The translations under genes and the position numbers were made by a program. Of a DNA stretch of 64,000 nt, positions 18,991 to 27,055 are shown in pieces. The stretch comes from an uncultured virus (IMG/VR IMGVR_UViG_3300027708_000053) (lineage: Duplodnaviria; Heunggongvirae; Uroviricota; Caudoviricetes), in the IMG/VR virus record IMGVR_UViG_3300027708_000053; one strand, written 5' to 3'. How positions within the stretch are numbered: position 1 is the stretch's first letter; each line of letters opens with the position of its first letter. Under the pieces are notes generated by a model. It ran no database searches, was not told the DNA's origin, and saw nothing but the letters and a program-made list of their open reading frames with translations.

Positions 18991-19176
18991 ATGACCGACG
19001 CTTACTTTGCCGGCCGCAAGGCCTATCATTTCGGGCTGGCGACCACGGGTAATCCTTACCGGTATTTTACCACCGAGTATCATGATTGGCGTGATGGTTG
19101 GGAGGATGAGCAGTACGAGTCCGATCAGGAATATGATCGGCAGTATGCGATGGCTCTACACGAGGAAGATTGCTGA
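18991..19176 (+). CDS. RMF-like small protein
   Basis: AYFAGRKAYHFG...NPY...WRDGW matches the RMF pattern. Confidence 0.6.
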   Translation: MTDAYFAGRKAYHFGLATTGNPYRYFTTEYHDWRDGWEDEQYESDQEYDRQYAMALHEEDC

Positions 19177-19388
19177 TCGTGCTCTATGGATTAATTGATG
19201 CTGCATACAAAGAAGGATATGCAGCATACCCAGGTAAGGGGCCATGCCCTTACTTAACTATTGATAATGATCCGGAACAAGTATCATTGGAAAAAGCTTG
19301 GTATGAAGGTTGGGATGCAGCATATTCCGATGAGCTAGATGCATATATGACAGGCCTCAGTCGACTGAATGTCGACCATAAGGATTAA
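19170..19388 (+). CDS. RMF-like small protein
   Basis: AYKEGYAA...CPY...AWYEGWDAA. Confidence 0.6.
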   Translation: MLIVLYGLIDAAYKEGYAAYPGKGPCPYLTIDNDPEQVSLEKAWYEGWDAAYSDELDAYMTGLSRLNVDHKD

Positions 19389-19465
19389 CAATTTGTAATA
19401 ATTTCTCTGTTGACATTGCCCGCTGGTGATGGTATAATCCACTCATAGACAAAGGGATACCGAAC

Positions 19466-19849
19466 ATGACCGTTACGACCTACACCTATGACGACCAGAC
19501 CGTTTCCGACCTCCACAAGGATGCCTATGGCTTCCGCCCGGGCGCCGTCTTTATGCAGGCCTGGAAAGGTATGTCCCCGGACGCCAAGCAGGGCATGTGG
19601 GATTTCCTCTGCTCTGAGCTCGAGCGTGAGATGGAACAGGAGAAGTTGGCCCAGCTTCGGTCCTATGAGCTGTGGGTATATCTGATGACTAAGACTGCCA
19701 AAGAGAAGGGTGTGACCTTCGCCGAGGCTGTTCGTCAGGACGTGGCAGAAGCTGACGTGAATGGTGACTATGGCTACTACTGCTTTCAGAATGGCCTCTC
19801 GTACGATCAGGAGCTTCCGATCAAGGCCATTGTGGAATCTGCGGATTAA
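19466..19849 (+). CDS. Hypothetical protein
   Basis: SDLHKDAYGFRP motif; promoter plus RBS. Confidence 0.8.
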   Translation: MTVTTYTYDDQTVSDLHKDAYGFRPGAVFMQAWKGMSPDAKQGMWDFLCSELEREMEQEKLAQLRSYELWVYLMTKTAKEKGVTFAEAVRQDVAEADVNGDYGYYCFQNGLSYDQELPIKAIVESAD

Positions 19850-19923
19850 CTTTAATTAACAAATCTCTGGTTGACAACGGCCTCTGGCCATGGTATAATC
19901 CACTCATAAACAGGAGACAAGAC

Positions 19924-20217
19924 ATGAGCCAAGGCAAATATTCTCCCCGTTGCCCACATGCCGGGGATGTAAAGTATGAGTACATCTATAACAGCCTGGG
20001 TGATGTTCCCCCTGATTATGATCATACCAAGGATGATTTTGATTCGAAGTTGCATTTTGGTAACTATGATGATGAGGGCTATGATGAGTACGGCTATAGT
20101 GCATGGGATGGGAATGGAGATTTTGTGGGCTCTGGCAATGGTGTAGACCGGTTGGGCTACACTGAGATGGAGTATATGGATATGGACTACGATCACTTTT
20201 GCGCATTGGCAGGTTAA
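19924..20217 (+). CDS. Acidic Y/D/G-rich hypothetical protein
   Basis: YDDEGYDEYGY...GVDRLGY; promoter plus AGGAG RBS. Confidence 0.78.
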   Translation: MSQGKYSPRCPHAGDVKYEYIYNSLGDVPPDYDHTKDDFDSKLHFGNYDDEGYDEYGYSAWDGNGDFVGSGNGVDRLGYTEMEYMDMDYDHFCALAG

Positions 20218-20291
20218 CTCTTTGTAATAATTTCTTGGTTGACATTGACGTGCCGGCTTGGTATAATCCACTCATAGACAAGAGGATACCG

Positions 20292-20678
20292 ATGAAGCTT
20301 TATCACTCCATCTATCACTATCGTGGTTGCAACCAGCCTCGGACTCCTCGTGAGGTCAAGGATGCCGTCGAGCGGGATGAATATGTCAAGATCGCCGTTG
20401 TGCAGTGCCACTCCATGGATGAGGCCTTTGCCCTGACTCAGAACATCGATCAGCCATGGACTATTAACCCCGGCGTGGAGATGCGGCCAGTTCCCGGTCC
20501 TTTCAGGTCGACTATGCCTGGGGATATGATCTCGTGCTGTTACGAGGTTTACATTGTCGGCAATAGTGGATTCGTCTACCTGCCGCATAAGGCCTTTAAA
20601 GATCGGCAACGTGCCCGCCGTGCAAAGGCCATGGCTGAGTTTGATCAGTACAACGCGCGCCGGCGAGCGGCCATATAA
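20292..20678 (+). CDS. Hypothetical protein, YodL-like motif
   Basis: DEAFALTQN...RSTMPGDMI; AGAGGA RBS. Confidence 0.7.
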   Translation: MKLYHSIYHYRGCNQPRTPREVKDAVERDEYVKIAVVQCHSMDEAFALTQNIDQPWTINPGVEMRPVPGPFRSTMPGDMISCCYEVYIVGNSGFVYLPHKAFKDRQRARRAKAMAEFDQYNARRRAAI

Positions 20679-20690
20679 GGAGACAAACAG

Positions 20691-21074
20691 ATGCCGAAAC
20701 GTGAAACTGCCGCTGAACGTGAAGCCCGCTATTGTGCGGAAATTCAAGCTGATATTGCAAGGTTCGAAGCTGAAAAGCCCTTGCGGCTGCTTCGAGTTCT
20801 AGCACGTGCTCAAGTGCACGGGATTGCAACATATTTTTATTATGACGAAAAACATGACGATATCGTGGTTCGAATCAAAAACCTTGATGCGGACAATCCC
20901 ATTCATCGTGAATTCTATTATCGCGAATTGAACGAAGTTCACGTGAGCAATATTGAATATGAAATGAATGAACTAGATGAGGAGTTGAAGGCAAAGCAAC
21001 GGCAAGCCGAGCTGGAGAAAGTGGCTTTGTCTAAGTTGACTAAGGAAGAACAACAACTCTTGGGACTTGTATAA
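20691..21074 (+). CDS. Hypothetical protein
   Basis: AAGGAG RBS; C-terminal ALSKLTKEEQQLLGL motif. Confidence 0.78.
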   Translation: MPKRETAAEREARYCAEIQADIARFEAEKPLRLLRVLARAQVHGIATYFYYDEKHDDIVVRIKNLDADNPIHREFYYRELNEVHVSNIEYEMNELDEELKAKQRQAELEKVALSKLTKEEQQLLGLV

Positions 21075-21086
21075 GGAGACAGACAG

Positions 21087-21299
21087 ATGACTCGATCGGT
21101 GTTCGAAGTTCTCGAGATGATCAATGAGAGCATTGTTGACTTGATGCATGAAATCGATCCGTACGAATATGCCCGTGGCGCTGATATTGAAGAGCAGATG
21201 ATTGAACTCAGGTTTTTGCTTGACGAATATCGTAATCTCTATCATGCCTGGGACTTGAGTGTGCTGCACGATCGCATGAAGGAAGCGTATGTGGATTAA
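21087..21299 (+). CDS. Hypothetical protein
   Basis: AAGGAG RBS. Confidence 0.75.
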   Translation: MTRSVFEVLEMINESIVDLMHEIDPYEYARGADIEEQMIELRFLLDEYRNLYHAWDLSVLHDRMKEAYVD

Positions 21300-21374
21300 C
21301 AATTTGTAATAATTTAGTCATTGACAGCCGTGCCCATACCTGGTATAATCCACCTATGATCAAGGAAACAAACT

Positions 21375-21554
21375 ATGAACGTATCCACCATCATCGACCG
21401 GCTCCATGCCGCCGCCTGGGCATCAAAGAATGACCGGGAATCGAATTTCATCTCGGCTCTGGCTAACCGCCTCGAGCATCGGTCGTCCCTCTTCGAGAAG
21501 GATTTGACCAAGGTCGAGATTGCCATGATCAGCCGGTATGCGGGTTTGGCCTAA
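21375..21554 (+). CDS. Hypothetical protein (59 aa)
   Basis: MNVSTIIDRLHAAAW...; promoter plus AAGGA RBS. Confidence 0.72.
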   Translation: MNVSTIIDRLHAAAWASKNDRESNFISALANRLEHRSSLFEKDLTKVEIAMISRYAGLA

Positions 21555-21654
21555 GGTTAACTGTTTGTAATAATTTCTCGGTTGACAATGGCCTCTGGCC
21601 ATGGTATAATCACTTTACAAGGAAGGGCATAGCCCTTCTAAACAGGAAACAAAC

Positions 21655-21921
21655 ATGACGATCAAGTTCAAGGATATAACCATTTTGCAGATTGCTAAGC
21701 TTGGCACTCAGCATGAGGAATATATCTATGATGGAATTCGTAGCGTAAAGATTCGCGAGCCAGGTCCAGCTCGTGTAGCTGCCCTGACTTTGATCCGTGA
21801 AGGTCAACTCACGTTAGGTGGTGACGAACTGATTCGTGAGGAATATATGCCTCTCATTGCGCCTATGGTAACTAAGCACGGTACCATGATTGCATATGCT
21901 TTGCGGATCTTGGAAGCATAA
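21655..21921 (+). CDS. Hypothetical protein
   Basis: Promoter plus AGGA RBS. Confidence 0.75.
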   Translation: MTIKFKDITILQIAKLGTQHEEYIYDGIRSVKIREPGPARVAALTLIREGQLTLGGDELIREEYMPLIAPMVTKHGTMIAYALRILEA

Positions 21922-22005
21922 CCGTAAATTAACAATTTGTAATAAGTCAGTCGTTGACAACGGCCTCTGGCCATGGTATAATCCACTTCTAAACAGGAGA
22001 CAAAT

Positions 22006-22212
22006 GTGACCCAGTACGAAAAAGATACCCTGGCTATGATGACCCCCAAGGAACAGGAGCTTCTGCTTCGTGTCCTGGCCAAGTCTCCTGCCCGTGAGGG
22101 TGGCATTGTCAGTCTGGTGGCTGAACGTCTGCGGGATATGGTGAATAGCGGTCTGATGGATCGCCTCTATCCGGAACTCGAAGTTGAGCCTGCTGCTCCG
22201 GAGGTGTTTTGA
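22006..22212 (+). CDS. Hypothetical protein
   Basis: GTG start with AGGAG RBS after promoter. Confidence 0.7.
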   Translation: MTQYEKDTLAMMTPKEQELLLRVLAKSPAREGGIVSLVAERLRDMVNSGLMDRLYPELEVEPAAPEVF

Positions 22213-22383
22213 ATGGATGAATTGGAAGTCTTGCAAAAGCAATTTGAAGAACTTCAAGAGAAGTTCCGAACGGCTTGTTGGCTATTGCGTGATGCTGCAG
22301 AAGAGTTAGGTAGAATTGATTATCCCGACGTGAACTATCCGCAGAATAGTATTGAACAGTTTTTAAAAGAGAATGATAAGTGA
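22213..22383 (+). CDS. Hypothetical protein (56 aa)
   Basis: GGAGGT RBS; MDELEVLQKQFEELQ. Confidence 0.65.
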   Translation: MDELEVLQKQFEELQEKFRTACWLLRDAAEELGRIDYPDVNYPQNSIEQFLKENDK

Positions 22384-22619
22384 TGACTGATCGCGGAGAC
22401 ACTTACGGCGAGATATTCTGGGTCCGTGCGATGGATGGCAGCTGGCGAAACGCCTCTGCCGGTGAGGCGTGCATCGAGATCACACGATTGCGTGCCGAGA
22501 ACACACGGCTGCGGGAGGCTTTGGAGGATTTGCTGGATGATAGTTGGGTTCGGGATTTCGGCGAATGGTTTGAAGATCGACTGAAACAAGCCCGCGCAGC
22601 TTTGGAGATGAAGCCATGA
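22380..22619 (+). CDS. Hypothetical protein
   Basis: EITRLRAENTRLREALEDL...ARAALE, a typical phage small-protein motif. Confidence 0.7.
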   Translation: MMTDRGDTYGEIFWVRAMDGSWRNASAGEACIEITRLRAENTRLREALEDLLDDSWVRDFGEWFEDRLKQARAALEMKP

Positions 22620-22780
22620 GCGATCGCTATCCAAACTATCCTGTATATCAACCTATCCGTACCGTCTGGACTAGTGGTCCGACCCCACAACAGCCCATAG
22701 GATGTATTTGTCCACCTACTAGTGAACAGACATGTATGAATCCTGTGTGCCCTAGGAAGCCTATTGGTAAAGCACAATGA
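22616..22780 (+). CDS. Cys/Pro-rich small protein (54 aa)
   Basis: GCICPPTSEQTCMNPVCPRK; GGAG RBS; ATGA overlaps at both ends. Confidence 0.6.
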   Translation: MSDRYPNYPVYQPIRTVWTSGPTPQQPIGCICPPTSEQTCMNPVCPRKPIGKAQ

Positions 22781-22959
22781 TGTTAGATATGACTAACATT
22801 CCAGATGTTGTATATCATATGCGTACTTCCATTGTAGTTAAACTTATGTATCAGTATGGCGCCATCCAAGCACTTGGATATATGAATCAGCTTGCGCCTC
22901 TATCTATTGGGCCTATGACTAAACTTCAATTGATGGAGGATTTGTGTAATGTCAGCTGA
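22777..22959 (+). CDS. Hypothetical protein
   Basis: Coupled ORF. Confidence 0.6.
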   Translation: MMLDMTNIPDVVYHMRTSIVVKLMYQYGAIQALGYMNQLAPLSIGPMTKLQLMEDLCNVS

Positions 22960-23161
22960 TCCTTATTGGTCTGGTTATGATGACTATAAGCGTGGTCGGC
23001 ATTTTGCAGATAATCCTTATAACCATGACACTGACTTGAGTCTGCATCTGATGTGGGGAGAAGGTTATCTGAGTGCATATGAAGATGTCATGAAGAGGAT
23101 TGAGGCTATTGGCAATCAGGCACGTGGTCCTGATCGACCGCCGCCTTGGCAGAATCCTTAG
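22949..23161 (+). CDS. RMF-like small protein
   Basis: YWSGYDDYKRG...NPY...WGEGY; GGAGGA RBS. Confidence 0.58.
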   Translation: MSADPYWSGYDDYKRGRHFADNPYNHDTDLSLHLMWGEGYLSAYEDVMKRIEAIGNQARGPDRPPPWQNP

Positions 23162-23264
23162 TATTAACATTTTGTAATAAAATAATTGTTGACATTGACG
23201 TATTCTTTTGGTATAATAGCCATATAAGGAAGGAAAGGCATAGGGCCTTTCAGGAGACATTATT

Positions 23265-23720
23265 ATGAACATCATTGAACGACTCGAAGAACTATATGCT
23301 CGCGCCAGGGATAGTGAAATTGTCACTATCCAGGATGCTATTCGGCTGATTGAACTCTATGATGATGCACTACATACTATTGCTAAGGTAAATCCTGGCT
23401 CCAACGTTGCATTGGATAATGTTGTCCATATGGCAAAGGATACTATTGCACTAGGTCAGCCACAATATAACCGATCCGAGAAGGCTCCTGAGGAAACCGT
23501 TGTAGATCCGAAGGTTTTAGCATTTGATCGTAATCGCCATGGTAGTCTCTATGATCGAGGCAGTGCTGATAGTTATTATGATAGGGCACGGTATCCTCAT
23601 TGGTATCCAAATGGTACTTATAATGGTGACTGTGTTCTTGCTGTAACTGAAGAAGAGATTGCCGAATATATGGCTGGATACGATTGGAACGAGGAATACG
23701 GAGACAAAAAGGGATGGTAA
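23265..23720 (+). CDS. Hypothetical protein
   Basis: HGSLYDRGSADSYY...EYMAGY C-terminal motif; promoter plus AGGAG. Confidence 0.78.
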   Translation: MNIIERLEELYARARDSEIVTIQDAIRLIELYDDALHTIAKVNPGSNVALDNVVHMAKDTIALGQPQYNRSEKAPEETVVDPKVLAFDRNRHGSLYDRGSADSYYDRARYPHWYPNGTYNGDCVLAVTEEEIAEYMAGYDWNEEYGDKKGW

Positions 23721-23941
23721 CTGCAATTCAAGCTTCTAGTGATATAACTTTATTCTCTCATAGGGATCTATACGCGGAATGCACGGCCGCATATATTGAT
23801 CTTGGTACGGCATGGATGCAACCTAGGTACTATTTCACACATGAAGAGCTATTGGATTGGTGGAATTCAGTATATGAATGGGATAATGCCATGGAAGCGT
23901 GGGTTTATACACCAGAAGTACAAAAAGCCCTAGAACGTTAA
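23714..23941 (+). CDS. Hypothetical protein
   Basis: Coupled ORF. Confidence 0.6.
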   Translation: MVTAIQASSDITLFSHRDLYAECTAAYIDLGTAWMQPRYYFTHEELLDWWNSVYEWDNAMEAWVYTPEVQKALER

Positions 23942-23964
23942 CATAAATTTATGATATGTTAAAG

Positions 23965-24018
23965 AAACCCGGTATTGTTGACTTAATCGTTGACAAGTAC
24001 CGGGTTTTTTGTTATAAT
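23965..24018 (+). terminator. Intrinsic terminator hairpin enclosing the -35 of an early promoter
   Basis: AAACCCGGTA 23965-74 / TACCGGGTTT 23998-24007 plus T-run; TTGACA 23990, TATAAT 24013. Confidence 0.7.
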
Positions 24019-24052
24019 AAGACTATAGGAGACATTAGATGATGTATATAAT

Positions 24053-24241
24053 ATGACAATTGGTGAAAAAATCAGTTCTGCATCAGACATGGCCGGCGAT
24101 ATAATATGGAAAGCAGTACGTGTCAAAAATGCTGATTATCATATAGGATTTTACGTCAATAATGAAACAGGATATCAAGTATTAGATCAAGTTCGCGAAC
24201 CTCTATTGGATCAATTTGCCGAAGATCTAGATGATGTCTGA
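24053..24241 (+). CDS. EDL-family mini-protein 1
   Basis: Ends DQFAEDLDDV. Confidence 0.72.
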   Translation: MTIGEKISSASDMAGDIIWKAVRVKNADYHIGFYVNNETGYQVLDQVREPLLDQFAEDLDDV

Positions 24242-24398
24242 TACAGAGAGTAAAATCATGGGTGAAGGTAATCTTTTTCATATTGTATATGAGAATGTCG
24301 GATTTGATATGGTATGTGAGATTGAAGACGAACTTTGGCATGATGATTATTCGAAATCGATTTATTCCCAAATTGAAGAAGATCTAGAAAATGTCTGA
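24234..24398 (+). CDS. EDL-family mini-protein 2 (54 aa)
   Basis: MSDTESKIMG...SQIEEDLENV. Confidence 0.7.
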   Translation: MSDTESKIMGEGNLFHIVYENVGFDMVCEIEDELWHDDYSKSIYSQIEEDLENV

Positions 24399-24576
24399 AA
24401 TTACTGGATGTATTAAAGGATCAATTCAAGATTCACTCGATTTGTATCTTGATGCATTATCCGAGGAAGTACTTGTAGGTGTGACTCTAGGTGATGTTAG
24501 TGCTAAAATTGGACTTGAATTACGATATAACCTTCAAGATCAGATAGATGAGGATCTAGATGTCAATTATAAATGA
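24391..24576 (+). CDS. EDL-family mini-protein 3
   Basis: Ends DQIDEDLDVNYK. Confidence 0.72.
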   Translation: MSEITGCIKGSIQDSLDLYLDALSEEVLVGVTLGDVSAKIGLELRYNLQDQIDEDLDVNYK

Positions 24577-24745
24577 AATCAAATATCAGGTTAGAATTCA
24601 AGCCGGTCATAAGCTCCATGAACACGAAAGTGTTTCCTTGGAGGTTTGGTGTGATGCACGTATTATTCAAGATTATGCTGAGCCCTTACTTATTATGCGC
24701 GGTATAATTCAAGATCAAATGGAAGAGGATCTAGATCTTGTCTAA
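24560..24745 (+). CDS. EDL-family mini-protein 4
   Basis: Ends DQMEEDLDLV. Confidence 0.72.
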   Translation: MSIINEIKYQVRIQAGHKLHEHESVSLEVWCDARIIQDYAEPLLIMRGIIQDQMEEDLDLV

Positions 24746-24932
24746 GAATATACGATATATAATAAAAAGCCAGTGTGCAGAAGAAGCCTCGGGTAGAACA
24801 TGGGATACTACAGATGATGGTACCATGCGCCATATAGCATTGAATATACGTATGGATTTGAATGGTCGTATTCATAGACCGATATTGGATAATGTGTTTA
24901 TACAAGTGGATGAGGATTTACGTGATGTCTAG
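24738..24932 (+). CDS. EDL-family mini-protein 5 (TTG start)
   Basis: Ends IQVDEDLRDV. Confidence 0.7.
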   Translation: MSKNIRYIIKSQCAEEASGRTWDTTDDGTMRHIALNIRMDLNGRIHRPILDNVFIQVDEDLRDV

Positions 24933-25104
24933 AATTGTTGAACGGATACATACTGATACATCGGATACTGCCTGGAAACAAACGGCAATGTCGAGTGGAT
25001 TGGAGGTTCGTAATAAAATTTGGCTTAATCATTTTGTTGTAATTGAAGCTATAATTGAAGATTATATGATCAGTCAAGTTTGGGAGGATTTAGACGATGC
25101 TTGA
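24925..25104 (+). CDS. EDL-family mini-protein 6
   Basis: Ends SQVWEDLDDA. Confidence 0.72.
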   Translation: MSRIVERIHTDTSDTAWKQTAMSSGLEVRNKIWLNHFVVIEAIIEDYMISQVWEDLDDA

Positions 25105-25243
25105 AAAGTTAAATGCTTATATTGACGTTGTTACTCTTACAATTGTAGCAATTGCTATGACTATAACAGGCTTTGCATTGATTGCTGTAGGTATTTTTGG
25201 AGTACACGAATTTATTACAATAATGAGATTGTTATATCAATGA
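25097..25243 (+). CDS. Small membrane protein (48 aa)
   Basis: MLEKLNAYIDVVTLTIVAIAMTITGFALIAVGIFG...; GGAGGA RBS. Confidence 0.62.
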   Translation: MLEKLNAYIDVVTLTIVAIAMTITGFALIAVGIFGVHEFITIMRLLYQ

Positions 25244-25398
25244 ATATAGTCAATAAAATCCAAACCATGCGACATATTGATACATCTGAAATTTGTCCTC
25301 GTTTACAATTTGCTGTCGGTGATAAATTATTGCATGAAATTATGCTTGTTTTGGTCCCATTAAAAGTACAAATAAAAGAAGATCTAGATAATGCTTAG
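25240..25398 (+). CDS. EDL-family mini-protein 7 (52 aa)
   Basis: Ends VQIKEDLDNA. Confidence 0.68.
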   Translation: MNIVNKIQTMRHIDTSEICPRLQFAVGDKLLHEIMLVLVPLKVQIKEDLDNA

Positions 25399-25588
25399 AA
25401 TGAATGAAACAGCACGTAATATCATGGCGGATGATGTATCAGATGCTATTTGGCACAAATCTCAGGGTGTATTTGCTGATGGTATTCGTAGTTATGTGAT
25501 TCGATGGGTTGAACCAGCATTTATAGATGACATTTATACGTTACTCGATGAACAAATCAAGGAAAATCTAAACTATGAAGACTATTGA
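25391..25588 (+). CDS. EDL-family mini-protein 8
   Basis: Ends EQIKENLNYEDY. Confidence 0.7.
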   Translation: MLRMNETARNIMADDVSDAIWHKSQGVFADGIRSYVIRWVEPAFIDDIYTLLDEQIKENLNYEDY

Positions 25589-25754
25589 TGTGCTTTTGAG
25601 TCATGTATTGGATGATTCTATGCGCGAATTGCATAAATCTGTTCGAAAAAACGTTCGGTTTAAGACATATGCTGGGCTACAAATGCCAATTTATGATAGA
25701 TCGTTCAATATAAGTCTAGAGAACCAAGTCGCTGAGGATATTAACGAAAGTTAA
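25575..25754 (+). CDS. EDL-family mini-protein 9 (59 aa)
   Basis: MKTIDVLLSH...NQVAEDINES. Confidence 0.68.
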   Translation: MKTIDVLLSHVLDDSMRELHKSVRKNVRFKTYAGLQMPIYDRSFNISLENQVAEDINES

Positions 25755-25818
25755 CAAAACTGTTGTTGACATGACCATCGGTGTTTGATATAATCTTTTT
25801 ATAAACAGGAGATTTACT

Positions 25819-26154
25819 ATGGATGTTCTATCAGCCTACATAACCCGTATGCGAGACAAAGCCGTGCTCGGTAATCTGAGTCACGAGGTGATGCCGCCTC
25901 TGATATGTCGTGATGGATTCAAGATGTCCGTCCAGGCCAGTTCCTATCATTATTCTTCACCGAGGTCTCATGTCGGCCCGTGGTCTTCCATGGAGGTAGG
26001 TTTTCCTACCAAGCCAGTGCCAGAACTTCGTCAATGGCGCGAGGACATGGGTGATGACCCCTCAGATGAGGACTGTGTTTTTGGCTGGGTTCCAGTCGCT
26101 AAGATATTGGAAACAGTTGAAAAGCATGGTGGTTGTGCTCAGCTAGAAGATTAA
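25819..26154 (+). CDS. Conserved phage hypothetical protein
   Basis: CRDGFKMSVQAS..HYSSPR..EVGFP..KHGG. Confidence 0.8.
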   Translation: MDVLSAYITRMRDKAVLGNLSHEVMPPLICRDGFKMSVQASSYHYSSPRSHVGPWSSMEVGFPTKPVPELRQWREDMGDDPSDEDCVFGWVPVAKILETVEKHGGCAQLED

Positions 26155-26255
26155 CAAAAGTTAACAAATCTTTTGTTGACACGACCCCAAAAGTTTGTTA
26201 TAATAACTATGTTAGCCAGACCAATGATGGTCAAAATTGAAAAGGACATTATATT

Positions 26256-26639
26256 ATGAAGAATATTACACCGTCTATGAGCACAAACTATAATTTGTAC
26301 ATGTTTGTTCTTAAGCAAACACATCTGTCGCGACCGGAGGCCCTTATTAAGGCCGGTCTACTTTTAAATACCGACGATCATAAGACAACAACTGCCGCTG
26401 TGCATAAGTACACAGCATGGCTTAGGCAGTGGAAGGATTATTATGGTTGGGATTTGGGTTCGCGGGGTACTCAACAAGCGCTGCGTGGTATGCCTGCTGA
26501 AATGTCGACTCGGATTAATGTGGAACAAAATAGTGTTCCTGTAACAAATACTCTTGAGACCGCACTCAAGACTGAACTGAATGCTCTTGTAGACAATGCC
26601 GTGCGGGCAATTCTTGCACGGATTACCGTAAAGGCATAA
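26256..26639 (+). CDS. Hypothetical protein
   Basis: Promoter plus AAAGGA RBS. Confidence 0.72.
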   Translation: MKNITPSMSTNYNLYMFVLKQTHLSRPEALIKAGLLLNTDDHKTTTAAVHKYTAWLRQWKDYYGWDLGSRGTQQALRGMPAEMSTRINVEQNSVPVTNTLETALKTELNALVDNAVRAILARITVKA

Positions 26640-27055
26640 TGAAAATGCAACTCCCCACCGAAGGTTCAGTCGTAGAGGTCGTATTGGACAATGCTGCAGC
26701 ACGTTATGCTATGGCTCCATGTTCAGTACATAGGGTACAGCCTACATTGACTCTTCGTGGGGTTGTTGTACCTACTCCTAAGTGGATGACTTCTATTGCA
26801 GATCTTACTATTCTAAATAGTGAGACCAAGGGCTTCAATTATATCCCTATGCATAAAGTCTTGTCGATTGGTGGTGTTACGGTAAAACAACCGAAGGTCA
26901 CTGTCGACAAGGTCTTAAATGTGACTTCATCTAAAACCGGTGAAGTCTATACCGTGCGACAGGATGGCCGCACTAAACGTTGGTCGTGTACTTGTATTGG
27001 ATTTCAATTCCATAAGAAGTGCCGACATGTAACAAAAGCGATGGAGGATCAATAA
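26639..27055 (+). CDS. SWIM zinc-finger protein
   Basis: YTV...WSCTCIGFQFHKKCRHV. Confidence 0.8.
   Translation: MKMQLPTEGSVVEVVLDNAAARYAMAPCSVHRVQPTLTLRGVVVPTPKWMTSIADLTILNSETKGFNYIPMHKVLSIGGVTVKQPKVTVDKVLNVTSSKTGEVYTVRQDGRTKRWSCTCIGFQFHKKCRHVTKAMEDQ

Larger units (their letters stand above)
14958..26210 (+). repeat. Dispersed family of 17 ~70-bp promoter modules (TTAAC-N5-(T/G)TAA(C/T)-N10-TTGAC(A/T)-N17-TATAAT-leader-RBS)
   Basis: -35 boxes start at 14984, 15224, 16449, 16790, 17113, 18299, 18635, 18939, 19410, 19871, 20239, 21321, 21582, 21954, 23189, 25766 and 26176; all have 17-nt spacers. Confidence 0.93.

Noticed and set aside
24053..25754. Diversity-generating retroelement or retron behind the variable mini-proteins
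   Set aside because: No reverse transcriptase in the window and no template/variable repeat pair differing only at adenines.
14958..26181. Canonical CtrA boxes (TTAA-N7-TTAA)
   Set aside because: Most copies have N6 spacing and a GTAA second half; only a resemblance is claimed.
14958..26210. CRISPR array interpretation of the recurring repeat
   Set aside because: Units are degenerate promoters separated by 150-2500 nt of ORFs, not constant-length spacers, and there is no cas operon. The Cas4-like exonuclease is a usual T4-like gene.
14958..26210. Integron attC cassettes
   Set aside because: The repeats are not palindromic with R''/R' ends, they contain promoters, and no tyrosine recombinase is in the window.
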